Below, piece after piece: positions 46,431-56,063 of a stretch of 64,000 nt of DNA. The stretch is from assembly GCA_043800555.1 (NCBI GenBank), contig JAZDMX010000002.1:668-64667 (forward strand). The letters are read 5' to 3'. How positions within the stretch are numbered: the stretch's first letter is position 1; each line of letters begins with the position of its first letter. Under the pieces are notes generated by a model. The model ran no database searches and had not been told where the DNA came from. It worked only from the letters and a program-made list of their open reading frames with translations. The translations under genes and the position numbers were made by a program. The stretch is from Candidatus Omnitrophota bacterium (GTDB taxonomy: Bacteria > Omnitrophota > Gorgyraeia > Gygaellales > Profunditerraquicolaceae).

Positions 46431-46841
46431 TTAGATCTTCCCGATCGTCTCCCTTACCCATTGATAAACTCTTGTGGCCACTTTAACTATCTCATCCGCA
46501 TCTGATTTATTAACACTGCGGCACTCGTATTGGACAAGGTTTTTGCGGGCGATTACTTTGCGCAACTGCTTGGACTTTTCTTCCGCGCCATCAAAAGGCA
46601 GACCAGCTACCAAATCGCAAACGTCAAAATGATCCTGCGAAACCGAACGTACTCCTTTTCCATAGACACAAATCGCATCTGCAGAAGAAATCACACATTG
46701 AACAGCCAATGTCGCTGCCGCATTCCAGTTTGAGGCATTAAACGCAACCAGCATCTGTTCATAATTATCGGCGGCTTTCTTTAAATACTCCGAAGCTGTA
46801 GATCTGTCCTCTTGCCTGACTTTTATTTCGCGGGCTGTCAT
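46431..46841 (-). CDS. HEPN-domain protein (toxin of MNT-HEPN pair)
   Basis: YLKKA...ADAIC...QDH...RKNLVQY; 2 bp downstream of the MNT gene. Confidence 0.8.
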   Translation of the reverse strand: MTAREIKVRQEDRSTASEYLKKAADNYEQMLVAFNASNWNAAATLAVQCVISSADAICVYGKGVRSVSQDHFDVCDLVAGLPFDGAEEKSKQLRKVIARKNLVQYECRSVNKSDADEIVKVATRVYQWVRETIGKI

Positions 46842-46843
46842 AC

Positions 46844-47473
46844 CTAAATCTCCAACGGTTCTTTGCCGTATAAAACGGAATAGGATTTCATTAAAGTTGA
46901 AACCGGCGGCTGATTCTTTTTAAGCCGCTCTTTAAATTCAACAGCTGACTTGATATATGCATCCATCTGAACGCCAAAATATGCCTTAAATCTGGGAGCT
47001 ATTTCAGAAAGAAAAACATTTTCAACTGAATGAAGATCCGTAGCCCTAAGGACCACCGCCGCAATATCAATATCGCTTCCTTTTTTGGCTGTCTCGGTTT
47101 GCATGCTTCCGTAAAGGATTAACGATATTATTTTCGTTCTAATCTTAGTTCGCTTGAATTCTTTTAAAAGAAAATCGCGGATTTCGTTCTTAACGTTGCT
47201 TTCAGCGGCAAACATCGGACGAATAATTTTTTGAACAATCCGATCGTCATCATTTAAAGCATAAATATGCTGTTTTCCAATAATATCTAATTTTAAGATG
47301 TTACGGCTATGCAGATCTTTTAATGAGTCATGCGTAGAAGGCGCTGAATAACCAATGAGCTTAGCAATCTGGCGACCTGTGGCCTTGAAGTTCTTCCGAG
47401 CAGTAAAAAGCCGCAAAATTGCTACCTTGGAAGGAGAATCGATAATTTCTTCAATTTGAAATGTTTTAACCAT
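46844..47473 (-). CDS. wHTH + minimal nucleotidyltransferase (MNT antitoxin)
   Basis: TGRQIAKLIG HTH; LYGS-x9-SDID. Confidence 0.85.
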   Translation of the reverse strand: MVKTFQIEEIIDSPSKVAILRLFTARKNFKATGRQIAKLIGYSAPSTHDSLKDLHSRNILKLDIIGKQHIYALNDDDRIVQKIIRPMFAAESNVKNEIRDFLLKEFKRTKIRTKIISLILYGSMQTETAKKGSDIDIAAVVLRATDLHSVENVFLSEIAPRFKAYFGVQMDAYIKSAVEFKERLKKNQPPVSTLMKSYSVLYGKEPLEI

Positions 47474-47490
47474 AATATAAACCTAACATA

Positions 47491-47538
47491 TGTAAGGTTA
47501 ACCTTACACTGAATATAACACGTTTTATATAATTGTCA
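47491..47538 (-). promoter_or_regulatory. sigma70 promoter plus perfect 18-bp palindromic operator
   Basis: TTGACA-N16-TATATT, then TGTAAGGTTAACCTTACA (47491-47508). Confidence 0.75.
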
Positions 47539-47686
47539 AGGAGATTAGCTAATGAAAGCGCCCTACAGAAGTCTGTAAGGCGCTTGTGGCTACTGCACCG
47601 CTTGGCGGTGATTCGGCCAGTTGTCAACATTGGCTGCCCCTACTGGACGAAATATGCAACTGGGTATATTCTCTTGAAACAGTAAA

Positions 47687-48250
47687 TTACTTCGATGAAA
47701 GTATATCCTTGCCCAATTTAACGGCTACTTCCGCTGTCTGAACTAATAGATTTTGTTCGAGTTGATTAAATTGCCCAGAATAAACTATTTCTTTGAGCTT
47801 TAAAGATTTTTCATCTAATTTATCATCGTAGTGAGCACCGCCCTCTTTCTCCGCCACCATTCTTATAACTTCATTTGGAGTATAAATCATACTACCCAAT
47901 CTTACAAAAGGAGAAAATAACCAATCATTTAATTCGTATCTTTGATTAGCAGGAGAAAAAGGCAATAATCCAATAAGAAAGAATGAAATCTTTAAAACTG
48001 TAAATTCATCTGTATCAGAACTTCTTGTAGAGGGTCCATAACAGAATAACAACACATTTCTCTCTTTAGCTAAGTTTATTAAAAGAGGACTGAGACTACG
48101 GCTTCCTGAGCATATTAGCGCTCTTAGTTGGGATGAAATAACTTTAAAATATTTGAGGTCTCCAGATTTTACTTTTTGCAAGGCATCTTCTAACAAAGAT
48201 ATTGATTCGTTTAATTCGTTCAATCTTGTATCAAGACTTTTGCTTTTCAT
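47687..48250 (-). CDS. Hypothetical protein, possibly HEPN-like (AT-rich)
   Basis: QLRALI...IRMVAEKEGGAHYD; function not assignable. Confidence 0.6.
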   Translation of the reverse strand: MKSKSLDTRLNELNESISLLEDALQKVKSGDLKYFKVISSQLRALICSGSRSLSPLLINLAKERNVLLFCYGPSTRSSDTDEFTVLKISFFLIGLLPFSPANQRYELNDWLFSPFVRLGSMIYTPNEVIRMVAEKEGGAHYDDKLDEKSLKLKEIVYSGQFNQLEQNLLVQTAEVAVKLGKDILSSK

Positions 48251-48329
48251 CTGATTACTATTTATCCCTTAAACAGAGGTTTATTAAAATTGTTGTAACT
48301 CGTTATAATGCAAATGTTTAATTATTTAA

Positions 48330-48401
48330 CTGCCCCGCATGGAATCGAACCATGATAGTCAGATCCAGAATCTGAAGTCCTACCGATTAGACGACAGGGC
48401 A
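48330..48401 (-). tRNA. tRNA-Gln(CTG)
   Basis: TGCCCTGTCGTCTAATCGGTAGGAC-TCAGA-TT-CTG-GA-TCTGA...GGTTCGATTCCATGCGGGGCAG. Confidence 0.93.
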
Positions 48402-48434
48402 AAATTATTATAGAGGGGCGAAAATGTGGGAAAC

Positions 48435-48488
48435 GGGGACGTTTCTACTTTTCCGGCAGCCAGGCTCGAGAAAAGTAGAAACGTCCCC
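48435..48488. repeat. Palindromic REP-like element
   Basis: GGGGACGTTTCTACTTTTC...GAAAAGTAGAAACGTCCCC. Confidence 0.9.
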
Positions 48489-48495
48489 ATTCTCG

Positions 48496-48696
48496 CTACC
48501 AGAGATTCTTCTTGAACCAGGTATCGGCATTATCAACGCTCTTTACAAGCCATGACCAATCTTCCCTGGCCCCTTCCTGGAACCCCTCTTTTGCTCCCTT
48601 GGCCAGCCCGCTTGTCCCCTTATATAATGTCCCGCAGCCGCCCGCCAAAACAACAAAAGCCAGAAGAACACCTGATAAGAATACTTTTTTAAACAT
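48496..48696 (-). CDS. Small lipoprotein (entericidin-like)
   Basis: Lipobox LAGGC; amphipathic tail ending KNLW; GGAGAGG RBS. Confidence 0.7.
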   Translation of the reverse strand: MFKKVFLSGVLLAFVVLAGGCGTLYKGTSGLAKGAKEGFQEGAREDWSWLVKSVDNADTWFKKNLW

Positions 48697-50083
48697 CCTC
48701 TCCCCCTTTTACCGCGCCAGAAACCCCCGTTTCTGAAGCCTTTTTTCTTACAGGGTTTACCCAACGGCCCAATCTTTCTTTCGTCCGCTCTTTTCCTAGA
48801 TAATATATTACTTCGAATAATCCCGGCCCGATTGTTTTCCCGGTAAGCGCCACCCTTATCGGATGGATAAGCTCCTTGGATTCAATGTTTAGTTCTTTGA
48901 CTAAGCCGCGGAAACCCTCTTCTATCGTAAGAATATCAAATTTATCCATTTTATCAAGCTTTTCTATGAAGAGCCTAAACTCGCGGGAGAGGTCTTTAGA
49001 CAAACATTTATTTTCGGCCGCCGGGTCAATCTTTAATTCTTTAACAAAGAAAAAATCTGCCCAGTCGGGAAAATCGTTAATGGTAGTCAGGCGAGGCTGA
49101 AATAATCTTACCAGGGAAACCAGATACTCCTTATCCGGGTTATCTTTGCCAATATAGCCTTTCTCAATGAGCGCCGGAACCAGCATATCCGCCAGTTTTT
49201 CGGGATCTTCATTTTTAAGATACTGGTTGTTCATCCAATTAAGCTTCTTCAGGTCAAATGTGGCGGCCGTCTTGTTAACCTGGGTTACGTCAAAGAGTTT
49301 TACCGCCTCACTTATGTCGATACGCTCGACGTTATTCCCGGGAGCCCAGCTTAAAAGCAAAAGGTAATTTACAAGGGCCCGGGGCAAATAACCCATCTTA
49401 CGGTAATCGCTTATGGCGGTCGCGCCTGTCCTTTTAGAGAGCCTGCCTCCTTCTATGCCCATAATTAAAGGCAAATGCGCAAATTTTGGCAAACTAAAAC
49501 CAAGGGCCTCATATAAAAGCGCTTGTTTTGGAGTATTGGAGATATGGTCATCGCCCCGGATAACATGGGTAATATTCATATCCGCGTCATCAACCACGCA
49601 GGCAAAGTTATAAGCCGGCGTCCCGTCGGATTTTATTAAAACCTGGTCTTTGATTACAGCAGTGTCAAACTCAATCTCACCCCGGATTAAATCCTGAATC
49701 TTAATTTTTTGCCGGGGCACCTTAAAGATTACCGCTTCCTGCGGCTTATCCGGAAGCTTCTCTTTATAAGCCTTGCCTTCCTCAAGCAGCCTTTGCGCGC
49801 ATGCGTTATAAATATCGAACCGCTTACTCTGGTAACCAATCTCGTCCCAGTTGAACCCGAGCCATTGCAGGCTGTTTAAGATCTCATCCACGAATTCCTG
49901 CTTTGAACGGGTTTGGTCCGTATCTTCGATCCTAAGGACAAACTTTCCCCCTTTTGCCCGGGCATAAAGCCAATTAAATAAAGCTGTGCGCGCGCCGCCG
50001 ATATGCAGGTTCCCGGTCGGGCTGGGAGCAAAACGGACCTTAATCATTTCTTGTGACTCCGGCGGCAAATCTTTCCCGGCCAT
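48689..50083 (-). CDS. gltX: Glutamate--tRNA ligase
   Basis: RFAPSPTG, HIGG, LRIEDTD, THVIRGDDH, RLSKR. Confidence 0.96.
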   Translation of the reverse strand: MAGKDLPPESQEMIKVRFAPSPTGNLHIGGARTALFNWLYARAKGGKFVLRIEDTDQTRSKQEFVDEILNSLQWLGFNWDEIGYQSKRFDIYNACAQRLLEEGKAYKEKLPDKPQEAVIFKVPRQKIKIQDLIRGEIEFDTAVIKDQVLIKSDGTPAYNFACVVDDADMNITHVIRGDDHISNTPKQALLYEALGFSLPKFAHLPLIMGIEGGRLSKRTGATAISDYRKMGYLPRALVNYLLLLSWAPGNNVERIDISEAVKLFDVTQVNKTAATFDLKKLNWMNNQYLKNEDPEKLADMLVPALIEKGYIGKDNPDKEYLVSLVRLFQPRLTTINDFPDWADFFFVKELKIDPAAENKCLSKDLSREFRLFIEKLDKMDKFDILTIEEGFRGLVKELNIESKELIHPIRVALTGKTIGPGLFEVIYYLGKERTKERLGRWVNPVRKKASETGVSGAVKGGEDV

Positions 50084-50611
50084 TTATAATCCCATGCCTT
50101 TCTTTAATGCCTTGAGGTTTACCTGGAGGAGTTCCGGCTGGCCCTTTGGCGCCATCTTCTTCATGGCTTTCACGATATTCTCCGGGTTAATAATATTCTT
50201 GCCGGCAAGATACCCGCCCAAGGCCACCATATTGGCTACTTTAATGTTGCCTAAGCCTATCGCTATATCCGTAAATCTTCCGGATACTGATTTAATTTCC
50301 GGCTCACCCTGCGGGCTGGCCAAAGAACTGTTTATAACCATAAGACCGCCGGGTTTTAACCGATTCCTGAATTTGCTTAAAGATGCCTGGTTCATAATAA
50401 TCAGGGTATCCGCTTTATCCACATAAGGAGAGCCGATTTCATCATCAGCCAAAGTCACCATGCAATAGGCGCACCCTCCGCGCACTTCCGGCCCGTAAGC
50501 GGGAAGCCAGGTAACAAACTTATCGTTAAATAGCGCCGCTTCAGCCAGAACTTTTCCCAGAAGCATAATGCCTTGCCCGCCGCTACCGGCGATTATTATA
50601 CGTTCGGTCAT
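50084..50611 (-). CDS. 2-oxoacid:ferredoxin oxidoreductase gamma subunit
   Basis: GSGGQG, YGPEVRGG, NMVALG. Confidence 0.92.
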   Translation of the reverse strand: MTERIIIAGSGGQGIMLLGKVLAEAALFNDKFVTWLPAYGPEVRGGCAYCMVTLADDEIGSPYVDKADTLIIMNQASLSKFRNRLKPGGLMVINSSLASPQGEPEIKSVSGRFTDIAIGLGNIKVANMVALGGYLAGKNIINPENIVKAMKKMAPKGQPELLQVNLKALKKGMGL

Positions 50612-50615
50612 TTTA

Positions 50616-51344
50616 TTATTTTATCCTTCCCAACGGGAACTCTTTGGACATGACATCTTTAATCCAATCCAGGGATAATTTAGGGGACATGCCCCAATAG
50701 GTCGGGCAAGCAGATAACATCTCCACTAAAGAAAAACCCACGCCTGTGATCTGATTTATAAATACCTGTTTTATGGCCTTCTTGGCTTTCATAATCTCCT
50801 GCGGGGAATCCAGCGCTACGCGTTCGATATATTTTACCCCCGGTAAAAGCGCTAACATTTCAGAAATCTTCAAAGGATACCCTTGCCCATTGGCTAGCCT
50901 GCCCGACGGAGAAGTGGATGTCTTTTGGTTTAAAAGAGTAGTCGGCGCCATTTGCCCGCCGGTCATCCCGTAAACAGCGTTATTGATGAAAAAAACGGAG
51001 ATGTTCTCTGCGCGGTTAGCCGCATGTATTGTCTCGTTTGTCCCAATGGCTGCCAGGTCTCCGTCACCCTGATAAGTAAATACAATATTCTTCGGCCTGA
51101 CCCTTTTTATGCCGGTAGCCACTGCCAACGCCCTTCCGTGCGCGGCTTCCGAACAATCAAAATCCCAATAATCATAAGCGATGACGGCGCAGCCAACCGG
51201 AGCTACCGCGATAACTTTCTGGCGTATCCCTAATTCATCGATTACTTCGGCAATAAGCCGATGCGCCAGGCTGTGGCCGCAACCCGGGCAATAATGGGTC
51301 GAAACATCCCGCAATGATTTCGGATGAGAGTATATTTTATCCAT
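50616..51344 (-). CDS. 2-oxoacid:ferredoxin oxidoreductase beta subunit (TPP-binding)
   Basis: YCPGCGH, GC, HGRA, GDGD...NN, YGMTGGQ, CPT. Confidence 0.93.
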   Translation of the reverse strand: MDKIYSHPKSLRDVSTHYCPGCGHSLAHRLIAEVIDELGIRQKVIAVAPVGCAVIAYDYWDFDCSEAAHGRALAVATGIKRVRPKNIVFTYQGDGDLAAIGTNETIHAANRAENISVFFINNAVYGMTGGQMAPTTLLNQKTSTSPSGRLANGQGYPLKISEMLALLPGVKYIERVALDSPQEIMKAKKAIKQVFINQITGVGFSLVEMLSACPTYWGMSPKLSLDWIKDVMSKEFPLGRIK

Positions 51345-52404
51345 TGTATATTTTATTGGCTTTGTTAATTATCTCTTCTTCCGAAGGGACCCCTCCTCCC
51401 GAACGGCCCATAAATTCAACCTTCGCCCGGCCGCAAAGAGCCAACTGCACGTCTTCCAGCATTTGCCCGTAGGACATTTCAACGACCAGGTATTTTCCGT
51501 TTGGCGCCGGGAGTTTAGAAAAAGCCCGCTTAGGAAACGGCCACAAGGTTATCGGCCTGATCAAGCCGGCCTTTTTGCCCTTGCTCCTTAAAATCTTTAC
51601 CGCTGATTTGGCAATCCTGGCCATACTGCCATAGGCAACCAGAATTATTTTCGCGTCATTCACGCAAAATTCTTCCCAGCGCTCTTCTTTCGACTGTATC
51701 TGTTTATACTTTGCCTGCAGCTTAAGGTTAAATTTCTCCAAATCCCCTTCTTTTAAATAAAAAGACTTAACTACGCGGGCTTTCCTGCCCTGGCATCCGC
51801 TCAAAGCCCAGGGCTTATCGATTGATTGCTTCTCTCTGCGGGATGCAAGCTGCCGGCTGCGGGTTGATATCGGCTCCATCATCTGCCCAAGCCTGCCGTC
51901 TCCCAAAATTATCGCCGGGGTCCGGTATTTATCGGCAAGGTCAAAAGCAAGGCTTGTGAAATCATAGCACTCCTGAACAGTTGCCGGGGCTAAAACTATG
52001 CAATGATAATCTCCGTGCCCGCCTGAACGCGTTGCCTGGAAATAATCCGATTGGGCGGGAGCAATATTGCCTAAGCCCGGCCCGCCGCGCACAATATTTA
52101 CGATTACAGCCGGTAACTCTGCTCCGGCTATATAAGAGATGCCTTCCTGTTTCAGGCTGATGCCGGGGCTGGAAGAGGAAGTCATTGCGCGCGCGCCTGC
52201 GGCTGCAGCGCCAAATACCATATTAATCGCGGCCACTTCGGCTTCCGCCTGGATAAAGACTCCTGCGCTTTTCTCCATATGGTTAGCCATATAGGCGATA
52301 AGTTCATTTTGCGGAGTAATCGGATAGCCGGCATAAAACCGGCAGCCTGCGTCGATAGCAGCTTTCGCTATGGCCTCATTACCGGTAATCAGTATTTTCT
52401 TCAC
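51337..52404 (-). CDS. 2-oxoacid:ferredoxin oxidoreductase alpha subunit (VorB-like)
   Basis: GNEA, GYPITP, SSSPGISLKQE, RGGPG; GTG start at 52404. Confidence 0.93.
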   Translation of the reverse strand: MKKILITGNEAIAKAAIDAGCRFYAGYPITPQNELIAYMANHMEKSAGVFIQAEAEVAAINMVFGAAAAGARAMTSSSSPGISLKQEGISYIAGAELPAVIVNIVRGGPGLGNIAPAQSDYFQATRSGGHGDYHCIVLAPATVQECYDFTSLAFDLADKYRTPAIILGDGRLGQMMEPISTRSRQLASRREKQSIDKPWALSGCQGRKARVVKSFYLKEGDLEKFNLKLQAKYKQIQSKEERWEEFCVNDAKIILVAYGSMARIAKSAVKILRSKGKKAGLIRPITLWPFPKRAFSKLPAPNGKYLVVEMSYGQMLEDVQLALCGRAKVEFMGRSGGGVPSEEEIINKANKIYNG

Positions 52405-52643
52405 CTGTACACCTCGATACAGCAATCCGGGCAGATGACCGCGCACATCGCGCATCCTAGGCATTTCTTCCCGGCTTTTCCCGGCGCTCCCGCTGCTTTC
52501 GCATTAGCCTGGGGAGAGAATTTTACCGGTTTTATCCCGCGTAAATTAAGTTCGTCATCTATTATAATCAGCCCTTGGGGACAAGCGCTTACGCACAAAA
52601 GGCAGCCTTTGCATTTATCTTTATTAATGGTGATTCTCGGCAT
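52401..52643 (-). CDS. 2x[4Fe-4S] ferredoxin (delta subunit)
   Basis: Two CxxCxxCxxxCP motifs. Confidence 0.93.
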   Translation of the reverse strand: MPRITINKDKCKGCLLCVSACPQGLIIIDDELNLRGIKPVKFSPQANAKAAGAPGKAGKKCLGCAMCAVICPDCCIEVYR

Positions 52644-52748
52644 AGACTAAATTTCTCCTACCGGATACAGGTTGCGCCGCTTAAAACGCCTAGCGCCTTA
52701 TGCCATATGATGGCTCATAACGCTTAATAATCCGCGGCGCGAAACCGT

Positions 52749-54611
52749 TTAACGGGCGCTGACCTTATCCTTAATCTTATCCGCAATTGCCTTGGCGGTC
52801 AACCCGTATTTTTCCAACAACAACTCCCTCTTGCCATGCTCAATAAATGAGCAGGGCAAGCCGATCTTTATAACCGCTTTACCCAACGCGTCTTCTATGG
52901 CGCTTCCAAATCCGCCGGCAACAATTCCTTCTTCAACCGTAAAAATATAGCTTACCTTCCTAGATATTTCGTCAAATAATGGCTTATCCAAAGGCTTGGC
53001 AAAGCGCGAGTTTATCAAAAATCCCGATAGCCCTTCCTTCTTCAGCAATTCCCGGGCCTCTAAAGAAACCTTGACCATGCTTCCTAAGGCAAAAATGGCA
53101 AAATCTTTCCCTTCGCTTAGGACTTCTGCCTTGCCTAATTCAATCTCCTGGGTTTTAGCCCCTTCTGCCAGGCCCTCTGCCTTTCCCTTAGGATACCTTA
53201 TTACCATGGGGAGGCCGGATTTAAGGCTAAACTCAAGCATCATTTCTAACTCCTTAGCGCCTTTCGGCGCTAAAATCGCCAAGTTCGGGACTGTATTTAA
53301 GAAGCTTATATCGAATACCCCCTGGTGAGTCATTCCGTCTTCTCCGGTAATCCCGGCGCGGTCAACGCAAAAGATAACCGCCAGTTTCTGTAGGGCCACA
53401 TCTTCGATAATCTGGTCATAAGCCCTCTGTAAAAAAGTGGAATATAAAACGACCACCGGCTTAAGCCCGGCCTTGGCTAATCCGGCGGCAAAACAAACGG
53501 CGTGCCCCTCGGCAATGCCGACATCAAAGAACCTGTCCGGAAATAAACAACGGAACTTGTCCAACCCTGTCCCTTCGGGCATCGCCGCAGTAATGGCCAT
53601 AATTTTGTTATCTCCGGCGGCTAACTCCGCCAGCTTGTCGCTAAAGACCTCCGTATAGGTTTTTACTCCGGGCGGATTAGGCAGGCCCAAGCCTGTCTGA
53701 ATGTCAAAAGGGCCTGTCCCATGGAACCTCACCGGTTCTTTTTCGGCGGCAAAATAACCTTTGCCCTTTTTTGTAACTATGTGCAGGATGCGCGGCCCTT
53801 TTATATTCAGTATATTTTTGAGGGAATGCACCAAAGGCTCTATGTTGTGCCCGTCAAACGGGCCAAAATAACGAAAGCCCAGCTCTTCGAATAACATCCC
53901 CGGTATAAATAGGCCTTTGAGCCCTTCTTCAAATTTATAAAACAAATTTAGGATCCGGCTCTTGCCTGTCCCGTGTTTGGTAAGAAAATTCTCCAAAGAT
54001 TCCTTAAAACGGTTATAAACCGGAAGAGAAATTATTTTATTCAAATAATTGCTTATGGCCCCGACATTGGGAGAAATGCTTAACTCATTGGTGTTGAGGA
54101 CTACCAGTATGTCTTTTTTCAAGTGGCCGGCGTTATTTAAACCCTCGAAGCACAAGCCTCCGCTTAAAGAGCCATCCCCGATCACCGCCACAACCTTAAA
54201 GTGATTGTCAACGGGGAGCCTGTCTCTGGCTATTGCTAACCCTAAAGCCAAAGATACCGCATTTGAAGAATGCCCGGTCGTAAAGCAATCATAGGCCGAT
54301 TCATCTTGAGACGGAAATCCCGAAATCCCCCGGTAAGCCCTAAGCGTGGAGAATTCTTTGTTCCTGCCGGTCAATATCTTGTGCGCGTAAGCCTGGTGGC
54401 CGACATCAAAAACTATTTTATCAACAGGGGTATTCAAGCAATAATGCAGGGCAATTATCAATTCTACCGCTCCCAAGCTAGAAGCCAGATGCCCCCCGTT
54501 AACTGCCACAACCTCGGTTATCCTCTGCCTTATCTCCGAAGCAAGCAGCGGCAGCTCTTCAAGCTTGAGCTTCTTTAAACCCTGCGGAGAATCAATGCCT
54601 TCCAGCAACAT
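52749..54611 (-). CDS. dxs: 1-deoxy-D-xylulose-5-phosphate synthase
   Basis: GGHLASSLG, DVGHQAY, GDG, YSTFLQRAYDQ, DRAG, THQG. Confidence 0.97.
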   Translation of the reverse strand: MLLEGIDSPQGLKKLKLEELPLLASEIRQRITEVVAVNGGHLASSLGAVELIIALHYCLNTPVDKIVFDVGHQAYAHKILTGRNKEFSTLRAYRGISGFPSQDESAYDCFTTGHSSNAVSLALGLAIARDRLPVDNHFKVVAVIGDGSLSGGLCFEGLNNAGHLKKDILVVLNTNELSISPNVGAISNYLNKIISLPVYNRFKESLENFLTKHGTGKSRILNLFYKFEEGLKGLFIPGMLFEELGFRYFGPFDGHNIEPLVHSLKNILNIKGPRILHIVTKKGKGYFAAEKEPVRFHGTGPFDIQTGLGLPNPPGVKTYTEVFSDKLAELAAGDNKIMAITAAMPEGTGLDKFRCLFPDRFFDVGIAEGHAVCFAAGLAKAGLKPVVVLYSTFLQRAYDQIIEDVALQKLAVIFCVDRAGITGEDGMTHQGVFDISFLNTVPNLAILAPKGAKELEMMLEFSLKSGLPMVIRYPKGKAEGLAEGAKTQEIELGKAEVLSEGKDFAIFALGSMVKVSLEARELLKKEGLSGFLINSRFAKPLDKPLFDEISRKVSYIFTVEEGIVAGGFGSAIEDALGKAVIKIGLPCSFIEHGKRELLLEKYGLTAKAIADKIKDKVSAR

Positions 54612-54613
54612 CC

Positions 54614-54856
54614 CTAACCTTTCCCCCGGTCATCTTCGGAGAAATCCTGAAGCGAGAATTTCCCGTCTTTTTTCATCAAAGACGACACCTTGGTTTCGGC
54701 ATCCTGCAACGCCTGAGAACAGCTTTCGGCAAGCTTGATCCCTTCCTCGTATTTCTTAAGCGCCTCCCCCAGGGTAAGCTTACCGCCGGATAAATCTTCC
54801 ACGATTTTATGCAGCTTCTTTATATCTTCTTCAAGCGGCTGTTTTTCTTTTGTCAT
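54614..54856 (-). CDS. xseB: Exodeoxyribonuclease VII small subunit
   Basis: IVEDL...YEEGIKL...L...AE; adjacent to xseA. Confidence 0.9.
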   Translation of the reverse strand: MTKEKQPLEEDIKKLHKIVEDLSGGKLTLGEALKKYEEGIKLAESCSQALQDAETKVSSLMKKDGKFSLQDFSEDDRGKG

Positions 54857-56063
54857 TGGTGACCTCCTCAACTAAGCTTATAAAACTCCCCTCGCTTAAA
54901 ATTGTCTTGATTTTGCCCCCTACCTTGATTTGGGAGGCATTTTTAATCACTACTTCATCCGTCAAACGCATGCTTAAACTATAACCGCGGGATAGAACCG
55001 CCAGAGGGCTAAGCGCCTCTAACCTGTGTATTAATGCCCGGGACCTTTCGCGGGAGATATCAATAAACTTGCGCATATTCTGGTTTAAACCAAGCGATAG
55101 GTCATCAACCAACTGCTCTTTTTCATGCAGGCGGTCCAACGGGCTCTTGATCGAATTCCTCAAGGCAATAAGGCCATTTTTAAAAACGCTGATAATATTT
55201 GAAACGGAGAAATCCATTTTGTGGCCTAAGCTGTCAATTTGGGCTAAAATCGAATTTTTCTTATCTACGATTATTTTTGCCGCTGCCGTAGGAGTTTCGA
55301 CAAAACAATCCGCCGTTAAATCGCAAAGGCTCGTGTTTATTTGATGCCCCACCGCGGAAATTACCGGTATTTTCGAATTATAAACTGCCCTGGCCGCAAT
55401 TTCTTCGTTAAAGGACCAAAGGTCTTCGGCGCTTCCTCCGCCGCGGCTGACAATGATAAGGTCAACCCTATTGAATTGATTGAGGTCTTCGACTCCCCGG
55501 GCTATTTCCTCCGCCGCGCCTTCGCCCTGCACGCGCACAGAACGTATTACCACGTCTACGCAAGGCGCGCCTTTCTTTAGTATCCCTAAAATATCGCGAA
55601 TCGCGGCCCCTGATCCGGAAGTAACTACGCCAATCCTAAGGGGCATAAAAGGAAGCTCCCTTTTGTGGGCGGCATCAAACAGCCCTTCTTTATGCAATTT
55701 CTCTTTTAACTGCTCAAAAGCCAGCTGGCGGGCGCCAACACCTTTCGGCTCCATTTTCTCTACAATCATCTGGTATTGCCCGCGCGGGCCATAAACATCG
55801 ATTTTGCCGAAACAAATTACTTTAATCCCATCCTGCAGTTTAAACTTCAACTCCCGGTTTGCCCGGGCAAACATCGCGGCAGCCAAAACAGCCGCGCCAT
55901 CTTTAAGCGAAAAATAAAAATGCCCGGAGGTGGCAACTTTGAAGTTAGAAAGCTCTCCCTCCACCCACACTCCATTGCCAAAGGTGTTTTCAAAGATAAC
56001 CCCGATCTCCCGGGTAACCTGCGAGACTGTATAGATATGTTTATTTCCCGGCGGAGTTAGCAT
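54831..56063 (-). CDS. xseA: Exodeoxyribonuclease VII large subunit
   Basis: GHFYFSLKD, RGGGS, SAVGH, TPTAAA, LSRGY. Confidence 0.96.
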   Translation of the reverse strand: MLTPPGNKHIYTVSQVTREIGVIFENTFGNGVWVEGELSNFKVATSGHFYFSLKDGAAVLAAAMFARANRELKFKLQDGIKVICFGKIDVYGPRGQYQMIVEKMEPKGVGARQLAFEQLKEKLHKEGLFDAAHKRELPFMPLRIGVVTSGSGAAIRDILGILKKGAPCVDVVIRSVRVQGEGAAEEIARGVEDLNQFNRVDLIIVSRGGGSAEDLWSFNEEIAARAVYNSKIPVISAVGHQINTSLCDLTADCFVETPTAAAKIIVDKKNSILAQIDSLGHKMDFSVSNIISVFKNGLIALRNSIKSPLDRLHEKEQLVDDLSLGLNQNMRKFIDISRERSRALIHRLEALSPLAVLSRGYSLSMRLTDEVVIKNASQIKVGGKIKTILSEGSFISLVEEVTNDKRKTAA

